Shown here: in pieces, positions 50,342 through 58,878 of the stretch
Layout of the letters: every line of letters starts with the position of its first letter
Numbering within the stretch: the first letter of the stretch is position 1
Source of the DNA: Bacteroidota bacterium
Lineage (GTDB): Bacteria; Bacteroidota; Ignavibacteria; Kryptoniales; JAKASW01
DNA length: 64,000 nt
Direction of reading: 5' to 3'
Assembly: GCA_021794075.1 (NCBI GenBank)
Contig: JAJYRM010000002.1
Span: 18,955 to 82,954 of the forward strand
Made by a program: the position numbers and the translations under genes
Notes under the pieces: generated by a model
What the model was told of the DNA's origin: nothing
The model's database searches: none
What the model saw: only the letters and a program-made list of their open reading frames with translations

Positions 50342-51696
50342 AAATGCAGTGGGAAATTCTTGTTGTAGATGATGAGGAAGTGATGCGCGAATCGCTCGTG
50401 GCGTGGCTGAGGGAAGACGGTTACGGTGTCGATTCGGCCGCTTCCGGAAGAGAGGCTATCGAAAAGGCACGGGAAAAAGACTATGCCATTTACTTCGTCG
50501 ATCTGAAGATGCCTGGCGGTATCGATGGCATCGAGACGATGATGGAAGTCAAAAAAATTCGTCCTGATGCTTCGATCATTATCATCACCGCTTATGCAAC
50601 CGTGGATACGGCGATATCGGCGATGAAGGAAGGCGCGCAGGAGTATATTGTCAAGCCGTGTAACCCCAAGGAAATATCGATACTTGTGGAACGAATCATA
50701 AAGGTTAAGAACCTGCAGCTTGAGAACACGATTCTCAGGCAGAAGTTGACAAAGCAATACAGCTTCCGTGACATCATTAGTAAGAACCCGAAGATGCAGG
50801 AGATTTTCGAGCTTGTGCAGGAAATATCTAGCCTGAGAAGCACTGTGCTAGTGCAAGGGGAAAGCGGGACCGGAAAGGAGTTGATAGCGAGGGCGATACA
50901 CTTCTCGGGCGACCGGGCTTCGAAACCGTTCATAAGCGTGTCCTGCGCCGCGCTCGCGGAGACACTTCTAGAATCGGAACTCTTCGGTCATGAGAAGGGG
51001 GCGTTTACCGGTGCCGTGGCACAGAAGAAAGGGAAATTTGAGCTCGCGGAAGGAGGAACGATTTTTCTCGATGAGATCGGCGACATCTCCGCTAAACTTC
51101 AGATGGATCTGCTTCGGGTCATACAGGAGAGAACATTCTACCGCGTAGGCGGAACCGAGGAGTTGACGGTGGACGTGCGTGTAATAGCCGCGACTCACAG
51201 GGACCTTGCGGATGCCGTGGCCGCCGGGACTTTCAGGGACGATCTTTATTACCGGCTGAACGTCATCAATATCCAGATCCCCCCGCTTCGCGAAAGGCGC
51301 GAAGATATTCCTTTGCTCGTCAGAAGTTTCATGGACCGCCTTTCCCATGAACTTGGCAAAGAAGTAGGAGACATAACGGCGGCGGGTCTCAAGATGCTTA
51401 TCGACTACGGCTGGCCTGGAAATGTCCGCGAGCTGGAGAATGTGATCGAGAGAGCGATGGTAACTTGCAAGACTACCGTGTTAACAGATGAGGATTTTGG
51501 CTTCCTGGAGCAGAACGGCTCGCGCAAACAAAGCTGGAACGTCCCCGATAATCTCCCTTTACGGGATGTCGAGAAGCAGGTGATAGTCGCAACAATCAAG
51601 CGCACTGGTGGTAATATCAAGGAGGCGGCTTGCTTGCTGGGCATAGACAGATCGACGCTTTATGATAAGATCAAGAAGTATGAGATAGAGCGATGA
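50338..51696 (+). CDS. Sigma-54-dependent response regulator (NtrC family: REC, AAA+, Fis-type HTH)
   Basis: 452 aa. REC domain (VVDDE...DLKMPG), Walker A GESGTGKE, the GAFTGA sigma-54 contact motif, and the C-terminal HTH NIKEAACLLGIDRSTLYDKIKKY. Confidence 0.93.
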   Translation: MKMQWEILVVDDEEVMRESLVAWLREDGYGVDSAASGREAIEKAREKDYAIYFVDLKMPGGIDGIETMMEVKKIRPDASIIIITAYATVDTAISAMKEGAQEYIVKPCNPKEISILVERIIKVKNLQLENTILRQKLTKQYSFRDIISKNPKMQEIFELVQEISSLRSTVLVQGESGTGKELIARAIHFSGDRASKPFISVSCAALAETLLESELFGHEKGAFTGAVAQKKGKFELAEGGTIFLDEIGDISAKLQMDLLRVIQERTFYRVGGTEELTVDVRVIAATHRDLADAVAAGTFRDDLYYRLNVINIQIPPLRERREDIPLLVRSFMDRLSHELGKEVGDITAAGLKMLIDYGWPGNVRELENVIERAMVTCKTTVLTDEDFGFLEQNGSRKQSWNVPDNLPLRDVEKQVIVATIKRTGGNIKEAACLLGIDRSTLYDKIKKYEIER

Positions 51697-51770
51697 GATC
51701 CTTCCGCGTCATCAAGTGCCGTTGTGGCGGCATGATGGGCGCATGAGAGCCAACGTCCAAAGTTTTGGTA

Positions 51771-52601
51771 TCATGATTCCAGCAACATCAGGGCCAGGAT
51801 GTCTTCCCAACCTTGCTCCGGATAATTGGCTGCTATGTTGTCGAGAAGAACTCCGCCATCAGCCAAGCTGACTGCACCGTCGCTCGCACCAAGCGCCATC
51901 TCAAGGCGCTCAACCTCACTCGTCATCCAGGGACCAACTTCTAGGCCCTTCAGCAGGTGCCTTAAATCTGAGTCGTTACCGGGATTTACCTTCAAATAGA
52001 AACCTTCTTTTCGTCCGCCGACGGCGATGACTTCTCCATCCACCGGAGAAAGAACACGCGCCCGTGATGCCTCCTTTCTGAAATACCACCCAGTTCCATT
52101 CACGTGCAGTCTTGTGCCCACCGCTGGAAGATCAGCCTCGCACTGGCTCCACACTAAACCCTCCGCCAACTTGTCCAGGCCCAATGTCAACGTCCCATCG
52201 CTCTCAACGCGTACCCAGGTGTGCCCGCGATGATATAAGCAGTTAGCCGAAATCTTCAGACCAAACGGAATTTCTCCCTCACTGTAAACGGACTTGGTGA
52301 TTCTGGGAACTCCGGTAATCTTAGAATGCACTTTACACGTTCTGCAATCGAATCCGTTTCGGCAGACTCGCTGGTTGACTTCGCCAGTAAAGGCGTGCCG
52401 GCAGACTTTCGCGAACTCCGGAAGACTCTCGAAGTCAAAGTGCCATCTTATCTCGTCGAGGCGGTCGGGTTTCAAATCCCGAAAGGCTCGGATGGCCGCG
52501 ATACTGAAGCTTCCTAAAATTACCGCAACGACTGAGTAAAATATCGACAGGAAAATTATGTTTCCTGTCTGCCAGGTGAAACCGTACACCCACGGAAGCA
52601 T
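51771..52601 (-). CDS. Membrane-anchored Cys-rich protein with GcvH-like (hybrid-barrel) domain, unknown function
   Basis: 276 aa. An N-terminal TM helix is followed by a CX12CX5CX2C cluster (CRHAF...CRNGFDCRTC). Next comes YHRGHTWVRVESDGTLTLGLD...SPVDGEVIAV, resembling glycine-cleavage H fold. The tail WMTSEVERL...LADGG is shared with the 57801..58835 product. Confidence 0.6.
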   Translation of the reverse strand: MLPWVYGFTWQTGNIIFLSIFYSVVAVILGSFSIAAIRAFRDLKPDRLDEIRWHFDFESLPEFAKVCRHAFTGEVNQRVCRNGFDCRTCKVHSKITGVPRITKSVYSEGEIPFGLKISANCLYHRGHTWVRVESDGTLTLGLDKLAEGLVWSQCEADLPAVGTRLHVNGTGWYFRKEASRARVLSPVDGEVIAVGGRKEGFYLKVNPGNDSDLRHLLKGLEVGPWMTSEVERLEMALGASDGAVSLADGGVLLDNIAANYPEQGWEDILALMLLES

Positions 52602-52613
52602 TGTTTGGTCTCC

Positions 52614-53873
52614 TTAATTCACTTTCATCTCGATTTCCTGAGGGAACAGCCGAAGATATCTGAAAGAGAGCGAGTAGATGATCACTCCATACGCCACGAC
52701 GAAGAGGAAAGCCGCGATCTCCTGCCAACTGGGAGTATAAATCATGAACCGGTCAAACGACATAGTGGGGAGTGAGAGCGTTTGAATGGTCATCACAAAC
52801 CTATTTAGAACAATGCCGCAGCAAACCATCACGGAAGACGCGACCAGCCAGCCTGTTCTCAGCCTTCCGCTACCAAAGAGAAGGAAGAGCGACGGAACCA
52901 GGCCAAACACGATTATCTCCGCGAAGAGGATCCAGATGTTAAACGGTGCCCATAAGAAAAAGCCAATCCCAGACAAGCCAAGACTGGGAACGGTCCGGTT
53001 TAGCCAGGTGAGCGTATCGATCGATTTTAGCATTACGTAAACGACAAGGAGAGATCCGGATATGCGCGCGAGAAGCGCGAATACGTTATCGCTAACGAGC
53101 CTTTTCCTACTGACGCGGGACGCAATCCATGTTGTCAGGAGAATAAAACTCGGTCCCGCGGCGGCGGCTGAAATGATGAAAAGAAAGAATGTCGTCGGCC
53201 AGATCGCGAGACCCTCTCTGAATGCGAAAGGGTGTCCCTGGAGAACTCCGAACAATCCGCCCAGCGAACCCTGATGGAAAAACGACAGGAATGTCCCCAC
53301 GCCCGCGAGCACGGGCATTATCCTGTGGAGCTCGTATTGCATCGCAAGGAATGCGGGGACTTCCTTCAACTTCTTGTTCCTCAGGACAATGGGTGCGTAT
53401 TCGACGGACAAAACAACAAGGTAACACGTAATGCAAAAAGTCACTTCGGTCAGCATTGAATGGATATTTGGATGCCAGAAAGTGAACCACGCGCGAAGCG
53501 GCTGGCCGACGTCCACCATCAGCACGAGTATAGCCCCGCTGTAACAAATGAAACCGATGACCACTGCGCTGTTTAGGACAGCCCGAAGTTCTTCTCTCTT
53601 GAGGATGTAAACGAGGAACCCTGTGAAAAAAGCGCCGGCTCCCAGGGCGATTATCGAAAGATCGAGGAATATCCACACGCCGAAAGCAAAACGATTGTCC
53701 ATGTTAGTCTGGTTGAGACCCTTCGCAAGGCAGAGGAAGATAGCGTACATCCCGATCGCGAGAATGATCAGCCAAGGAACCAGAAGGTAGAGGAACTTGC
53801 CAAAGGGCATTCGATTCACCCCGCGAGCTACCAATCGAATATCTTTCGTGCCATTATTCCGATTTCGATCCAT
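52614..53873 (-). CDS. NrfD/PsrC-family polytopic membrane subunit (quinone-interacting)
   Basis: About 419 aa from M at 53873; the track ORF extends to 53978 and would overlap the ferredoxin gene by 67 nt. There are about 10 TM helices. It follows the FeS subunit, as in Psr/Qrc/ACIII-type complexes. Confidence 0.8.
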   Translation of the reverse strand: MDRNRNNGTKDIRLVARGVNRMPFGKFLYLLVPWLIILAIGMYAIFLCLAKGLNQTNMDNRFAFGVWIFLDLSIIALGAGAFFTGFLVYILKREELRAVLNSAVVIGFICYSGAILVLMVDVGQPLRAWFTFWHPNIHSMLTEVTFCITCYLVVLSVEYAPIVLRNKKLKEVPAFLAMQYELHRIMPVLAGVGTFLSFFHQGSLGGLFGVLQGHPFAFREGLAIWPTTFFLFIISAAAAGPSFILLTTWIASRVSRKRLVSDNVFALLARISGSLLVVYVMLKSIDTLTWLNRTVPSLGLSGIGFFLWAPFNIWILFAEIIVFGLVPSLFLLFGSGRLRTGWLVASSVMVCCGIVLNRFVMTIQTLSLPTMSFDRFMIYTPSWQEIAAFLFVVAYGVIIYSLSFRYLRLFPQEIEMKVN

Positions 53874-53911
53874 GATGCAGTCTGTCCTGTGTCTAAATAA
53901 TTCTTTAACTC

Positions 53912-54706
53912 TCAATCGGTTGTCGCGCCGCGTTTCAACGCTGAAGCTGGATCTTTCTCGGCGATATTTCGTACCCATTCCCGCTCAGAGAAATAATATA
54001 TTTTCGGGCCGGTCCCGAGTCTCTCAAGGATTCGAAAGCTCCCGTTGCTTTGTGCAAGCCGATAAACTTCGGAACCCTCGTCTAGTAGGTCCCCGAAGGT
54101 CATGGCACTGGTGGGACATGATTCTACACACGCGGGGATGTATTCTCCCTCCTTGATTTCATCTCTCCCTTCTGCGGCGGCTTTTTCCCTCGCGGCCTGA
54201 AGCCGGTGAAAACAGAAATTGCATTTTTCGACCACACCACGCATGCGAAGTGAAACATCTGGATTCAGAGACCTCTCCATACCTTCCGGCCAAACGGGGT
54301 CCCACCAATTGAAATATCTCGCGTGATATGGACATGCCGCCATACAATACCTGCAGCCGAGACACCGGACGGGAATTTGGCCGACGATCCCCGTCGCAGG
54401 GTCCACCTCAACGGCATTCTGAGGGCAAACCGAAACGCAAGGAGGATGATGTTCACATTGCTGGCAAGAGACGGGGAAGAACACTGATTCGTTGTCCGGG
54501 AAATCCATTCCGTTGTCCGCCTTGTAAACCCTCATTAGGGTAATCCCAGTCCTGTCTGTCGCATCGACAGGCCCGGGTGGAACGTTGTTTTCCACCGCGC
54601 ATGCAATCATGCAAGCGCCGCATCCCGTGCACCGGTCGACATCGATCACCATACCAAAATTATGCTTCTTCCCAGTTAAGCTTTTCACTTGATTTCCATT
54701 TGTCAT
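53912..54706 (-). CDS. 4Fe-4S ferredoxin-type electron-transfer subunit (PsrB/NrfC/QrcC-like, four cluster motifs)
   Basis: 264 aa with CTGCGACMIAC, CQQCEHHPPCVSVCP, CLGCRYCMAACP and CNFC...CVESCP. It has no signal peptide of its own. Confidence 0.9.
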   Translation of the reverse strand: MTNGNQVKSLTGKKHNFGMVIDVDRCTGCGACMIACAVENNVPPGPVDATDRTGITLMRVYKADNGMDFPDNESVFFPVSCQQCEHHPPCVSVCPQNAVEVDPATGIVGQIPVRCLGCRYCMAACPYHARYFNWWDPVWPEGMERSLNPDVSLRMRGVVEKCNFCFHRLQAAREKAAAEGRDEIKEGEYIPACVESCPTSAMTFGDLLDEGSEVYRLAQSNGSFRILERLGTGPKIYYFSEREWVRNIAEKDPASALKRGATTD

Positions 54707-54737
54707 AATAGCCTGAATTTCAGTTTGACGTTCAGAG

Positions 54738-56978
54738 TTACGCCGGTTCGATCATGGCGTTGGTAATTCTCCAGGTAGAGTCGCTATCGATCTTGCAGAT
54801 ATCTATGACTGAATCCTCGATCTTTGGTTCCGCGCGGTCAGGACTCTTCGTGAGAGGAACAACGGACGCCTGAATTATTCCAGGCATCACCGACTTGTCG
54901 AAACGTACCATGACGTATGCAGTGCCGTTTTCTGTCCTTACCCTGGCTTTTCCTCCATCCTTCAATCCGGCCGCTCTACCCGTGCTCGGGTTTACGGAAA
55001 CGGTATTGGCAGACATTCTCAAGCCGGACTCTTGGTAGAGCTTCGACATGATTGGATTTGACTGAGCGGCTGTAAGAACACCTCGAGTTCCAAGCGGCAG
55101 GAGGACAAGCTCGCGGGGACCGTTGTTACCTTCGCCTTGGACGGGAACATTATTACGTGGCAGATGCGTACCGCCAAGGAATGAGTAGCGAATCGGTGGC
55201 AGTTCCGCGGGGCCGTCGTCAATCCAGCAACCACCCTTTTTGAGTCTCTCGAGAAATTGAGGCAAGGATAGGCCTGACAGCCTCTCGCTTCTTCCGGTCT
55301 CAGCATTAAAGACATTCCCTTTCGCCATGGAATGAAGCTTCTCGACCCTCTTTTTCAAGATGTATTCCATTCCTGAAAAGTCAGATCGTGAAGAGCGCCT
55401 GATATTAAGCGCCTCCGCGAGGCTGTTTATGAATCCATTTGGACGAACAGAAAATTTAGGCGCGGAAAAAATGGGAGAGACGACGCTGTATGAAGCAACG
55501 GTTGCGCTGGATGGAGTCGGAACATCGTCGGCGGTTTCCAGGTATGCGGGGGAAGGGAGTATGTAATCGGCATGGACGGCGTTGCCTGCTAAGTATGGGG
55601 CAAGGCTGACTATCGTATGTCCGGCCGGCGACAGCTTGCGTTCAACCGTTTCCCAGGGAATTGCGCACCCTGAATCCGCACCGTCCATGATAAGAACGCC
55701 TATTGAACCGTCGGGAATATCCGACAGCTGTTTCATTGAGGCAAGATGATTCGAGTCGTCAGATCCGTGCAAACCATAATATGGGCTGGGAAGTTTGCCG
55801 CGAGGCTTTAGACCTCCTTTCGTGCCGATCGAGCCGAGTAAAATATTGAGTCCCATGAAGGCGAGCTGTTCATCAAGTCTGAATGGACCGGAACCCGGGT
55901 TACCACCAAACATGACGATCGCTGGTTTTCTCCTGGCGACTTCTCTCGTGACCTCCACCAATTTGTCTGCCGGTATCCCCGTCTTTTCAGACACGTATGC
56001 CGGAGGATACTTCTCGATGAGCTTCATGAAAGAGTCGCCGGCCGCATTATCAAAATCGGCTGAATACATTCGCAGCCTATCTATGTTGCAAAGCCGCTCT
56101 CGTACCATAACGTTTGCCATTCCAAGCGCGAAAGCCGATTCGGTCCCCGGCCTGACTGGAATCCACTCGTCCGCGATTTGTGCGGTCCGGGAATGCGCTG
56201 TCTCAACCTGAATTAATTTGAGCTTCTTATCCCCTCCACACCGACGTGCTTCCGATATGGAAGCAAACTGCCGTTGCGTGCCCCAGCCATCGAGGATAGG
56301 CGTTCCGAAGCTCACTATCATGCGCGCGTCATTGACGTCGTAGCCGAAAGCGAGATCTCCCGTGTGCAGGGTTTGATCGGTAAGACGTGTCGGCACGCCA
56401 TCACATGTCGGTGGATTGATATAGAAGCCGTTTTTCAATTCTCCGACAAATTTGCGATATATATGCGATATCGCTCTATCGGGCTGGTTGTCGAGTACCG
56501 CGACAGATTCGCACGAGGATCTTGAGATTGCTCGAGCAATATCGGAGATCGCTTCGTCCAGCGAAACCGGGACGAACTTTCCGTGTCCGATTATTTTCAC
56601 GGGGCGATGAAGTCTCGAAGGATGATACCGAAGAAAGATAGCTGCGACCCCCAATGCGCAAAGCGAGCCGTCGCTTATCGGATGTCCTTTTGTACCCGTT
56701 ATACCGACCGCTTCGAGCGAGCCGCGGCCTCGTTCGGATGCGCACCGCACTCGAACGCCGCATGCCATCGGACAGAGTGTACAAGTGGTATGACTGAAAC
56801 TGATTCTCTCGTTCGAATGAATTTGGATCTCGCGCTGCCGCCCATATGGGAATGAAGGGCTTTGCGTCCATTTCGCGGACTCATCAAGAATTTTCCATGG
56901 TATCGGCGTTAACATGAAGCCAATTGCCGATCCTCCCACAAGCTTCATCCAGTCACGTCTCGAAATTCCGTTAGCCAT
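54738..56978 (-). CDS. Molybdopterin-oxidoreductase-family (MopB) large subunit with Tat signal
   Basis: 746 aa. Twin-arginine leader SRRDWMKLVGGSAIG, an N-terminal CX2CX3C...C pattern (CTLCPMAC...SLCALG), and a MopB-like length and domain order. The substrate is unknown. Confidence 0.8.
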   Translation of the reverse strand: MANGISRRDWMKLVGGSAIGFMLTPIPWKILDESAKWTQSPSFPYGRQREIQIHSNERISFSHTTCTLCPMACGVRVRCASERGRGSLEAVGITGTKGHPISDGSLCALGVAAIFLRYHPSRLHRPVKIIGHGKFVPVSLDEAISDIARAISRSSCESVAVLDNQPDRAISHIYRKFVGELKNGFYINPPTCDGVPTRLTDQTLHTGDLAFGYDVNDARMIVSFGTPILDGWGTQRQFASISEARRCGGDKKLKLIQVETAHSRTAQIADEWIPVRPGTESAFALGMANVMVRERLCNIDRLRMYSADFDNAAGDSFMKLIEKYPPAYVSEKTGIPADKLVEVTREVARRKPAIVMFGGNPGSGPFRLDEQLAFMGLNILLGSIGTKGGLKPRGKLPSPYYGLHGSDDSNHLASMKQLSDIPDGSIGVLIMDGADSGCAIPWETVERKLSPAGHTIVSLAPYLAGNAVHADYILPSPAYLETADDVPTPSSATVASYSVVSPIFSAPKFSVRPNGFINSLAEALNIRRSSRSDFSGMEYILKKRVEKLHSMAKGNVFNAETGRSERLSGLSLPQFLERLKKGGCWIDDGPAELPPIRYSFLGGTHLPRNNVPVQGEGNNGPRELVLLPLGTRGVLTAAQSNPIMSKLYQESGLRMSANTVSVNPSTGRAAGLKDGGKARVRTENGTAYVMVRFDKSVMPGIIQASVVPLTKSPDRAEPKIEDSVIDICKIDSDSTWRITNAMIEPA

Positions 56979-57140
56979 TCTCTTTTCCTAATCGATTCAA
57001 TCTTCGCTCGCTTTCCGCTCTTCAGTGACCGAGTACCCGGCGGGACGCGCGGAGATATACGGAGGTAAACTCCGCGCCATCTCGCCCGCGCTCAGTGACG
57101 AAAATAAATTCGCGGAAATCATAAGCGAGAGAGATCCAAT

Positions 57141-57773
57141 TCATTTGTGGCAGTCGATGCAGCTTTCCTTGTGGCCGCGTTTGTTGTGGCATCCTGCGCA
57201 ATCGTCCATCCTCATCCCCGTGGACGGAGTCGATGGGATGTCGAGCAGGGTGCTCCCGGAAACATCAATGCTATAGCCGCTGATTCGGCTGAACCTCGCC
57301 GGCCGAAGCTTGTCTGTAAATTCGTGACCGAAGTGGCACGTTTCGCAATCCAATTTCCCGACCTTCACGTGCGTCGCGTGCGAAAAGTAGACATTCTCAG
57401 GTTGGGAGGAATAAACGACCCAGCGTATTTCTTTGTGTCTAAGGATGTACTCGTCGACGAATTTCTTTTCTTCGTCGGAGACGCCGATTGTGTGAGAATG
57501 ACATCCGGCACACTTGGATGTCCCGGGTATGCCGAGGAATCGTCCGTCTTTATCATATGAGTGGCAGTCGACGCATTTCAAACCGACATTGTCGCCGGCG
57601 TGAGTGCTATGACTGAATTGAACCGGTTGGGCCACAGGCGCGTATATGAAAAATGGAAAGATGATCCATCCCAGGAACAGCATACCGACAATTCCGAAGA
57701 AGAATATTGTTTTGCCGCGGACATCGTCCGTGCCTTTGCTTGCATTCCTATTTATAGCATCCGTTGTGTTCAT
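57141..57773 (-). CDS. Membrane-anchored pentaheme c-type cytochrome
   Basis: 210 aa. An N-terminal TM helix is followed by five CXXCH motifs (CVDCH, CAGCH, CETCH, CAGCH, CIDCH). Confidence 0.9.
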   Translation of the reverse strand: MNTTDAINRNASKGTDDVRGKTIFFFGIVGMLFLGWIIFPFFIYAPVAQPVQFSHSTHAGDNVGLKCVDCHSYDKDGRFLGIPGTSKCAGCHSHTIGVSDEEKKFVDEYILRHKEIRWVVYSSQPENVYFSHATHVKVGKLDCETCHFGHEFTDKLRPARFSRISGYSIDVSGSTLLDIPSTPSTGMRMDDCAGCHNKRGHKESCIDCHK

Positions 57774-57800
57774 GTGAAACCCTGATTTTCCTTCCGGCTC

Positions 57801-58835
57801 TTAAATATCCGTGAATCTTCCGGGAGGTAGAGAAAAAAATTCCCTTGAAAGGTATAGCGATTGTTCTCTTGTAAGCTGGCCGAAGATGTTTTCGGTAAAT
57901 GTTCCACCATCTGCCAGAAGATGCGGCCCTTTCTGTTTGACCCGATCCGGCGTCCCATCGCCGAATGGCTGGGATGACACCAGCTCAGTCAATCTTCTGG
58001 TTTCACTTTCCATCCATGTCTTGGCATTTCTTCCGTAAAGCAAATCATCCGCATGCGGATACGTTTCAGCATGCGAGGGGCCGGGACCCTTCGTCGTGGC
58101 TGAAATGGATTTACCCTCAAAGAGCCAGCCGAGCGTGTAAGGGTCGGAGACTACGCGGTTCGGCTCGGCGCGTAAATGAGAGTTCGTTGTGGAGACCGAT
58201 ATCTTCTTCGGAAACGTCATCTGAAGCGCGATGCCGTTGGCCATCAGGGTGACCGTAGGATATTGCTCTCCTGAAGTCGTGACGAAATCGATTCGCTCCA
58301 GTTTTCCTATGACCCTTGCGAGGAACGCGTCTAATCCGACATGACAGGTGCCGTCGTCGTCGAGGTCCGCCCACATGTGATTCCGCGAATAGTGAAGCCA
58401 ACCTATCGTCTGAATACCATCGACAACCCAGTATCCGCTTTCGTTTTCATCGTCGCGGTCGATCTCCGGGGCTACTATGTCGTGGTGTGTCAGGAGTTTT
58501 GGGTTTTGCATCGCCATGAGAAGCTCGCAATACCGATGGCTTGAAGTCCCACATCTCGTGAGAGAAGGATCGCTGTACGGGACATATTTGACCGTCGGCG
58601 CCGCGGCACAGAACTGGCAGAGTGATTCCTGGAGGAAAGTGCAATGATCTCTGCTTGGGAGATCCTCTAGGCGTTGTTTTGCTGAAGGGCAATCGACATA
58701 AGAAGTCGAAGAGCATCTTTCGGTGTTTGTGAAATCTCCCAAACGTGATGCCGACGACGTCCTCACGATGAGCTTTTTAAACTCTGACGCGCAGCAGAAC
58801 TTAACCTGCGCTTCTCTCAGGAAAGGACACCTCAT
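57801..58835 (-). CDS. Cytoplasmic Cys-rich (duplicated 4-Cys module) protein with GcvH-like domain, unknown function
   Basis: About 344 aa from MRCPFL; AGGAGAG precedes this ATG, and the track ORF extends to 58961. It has tandem modules CPFLREAQVKFC...C-X7-C and CTFLQESLCQFC...C-X7-C. These are followed by YSRNHMWADLDDDGTCHVGLD...DPYTLGWLF (H-protein-like fold). Confidence 0.6.
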   Translation of the reverse strand: MRCPFLREAQVKFCCASEFKKLIVRTSSASRLGDFTNTERCSSTSYVDCPSAKQRLEDLPSRDHCTFLQESLCQFCAAAPTVKYVPYSDPSLTRCGTSSHRYCELLMAMQNPKLLTHHDIVAPEIDRDDENESGYWVVDGIQTIGWLHYSRNHMWADLDDDGTCHVGLDAFLARVIGKLERIDFVTTSGEQYPTVTLMANGIALQMTFPKKISVSTTNSHLRAEPNRVVSDPYTLGWLFEGKSISATTKGPGPSHAETYPHADDLLYGRNAKTWMESETRRLTELVSSQPFGDGTPDRVKQKGPHLLADGGTFTENIFGQLTREQSLYLSREFFSLPPGRFTDI

Positions 58836-58878
58836 GACAACTCTCCTGTAATTGCTTTCAAACACCTCTGATCTCTCT

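Noticed and set aside
53874-53978. Long N-terminal extension of the NrfD-like ORF (track start at 53978)
   Set aside because: It would overlap the ferredoxin gene by 67 nt and add a highly basic, non-membrane leader. The internal ATG at 53873 leaves a 38-nt gap and starts shortly before the first TM helix. The choice is still uncertain.
54738-56978. Selenocysteine (in-frame TGA) in the MopB subunit
   Set aside because: The 746-codon frame is uninterrupted from the Tat leader to the stop. There is no split ORF pattern or SECIS-like context to suggest recoding.
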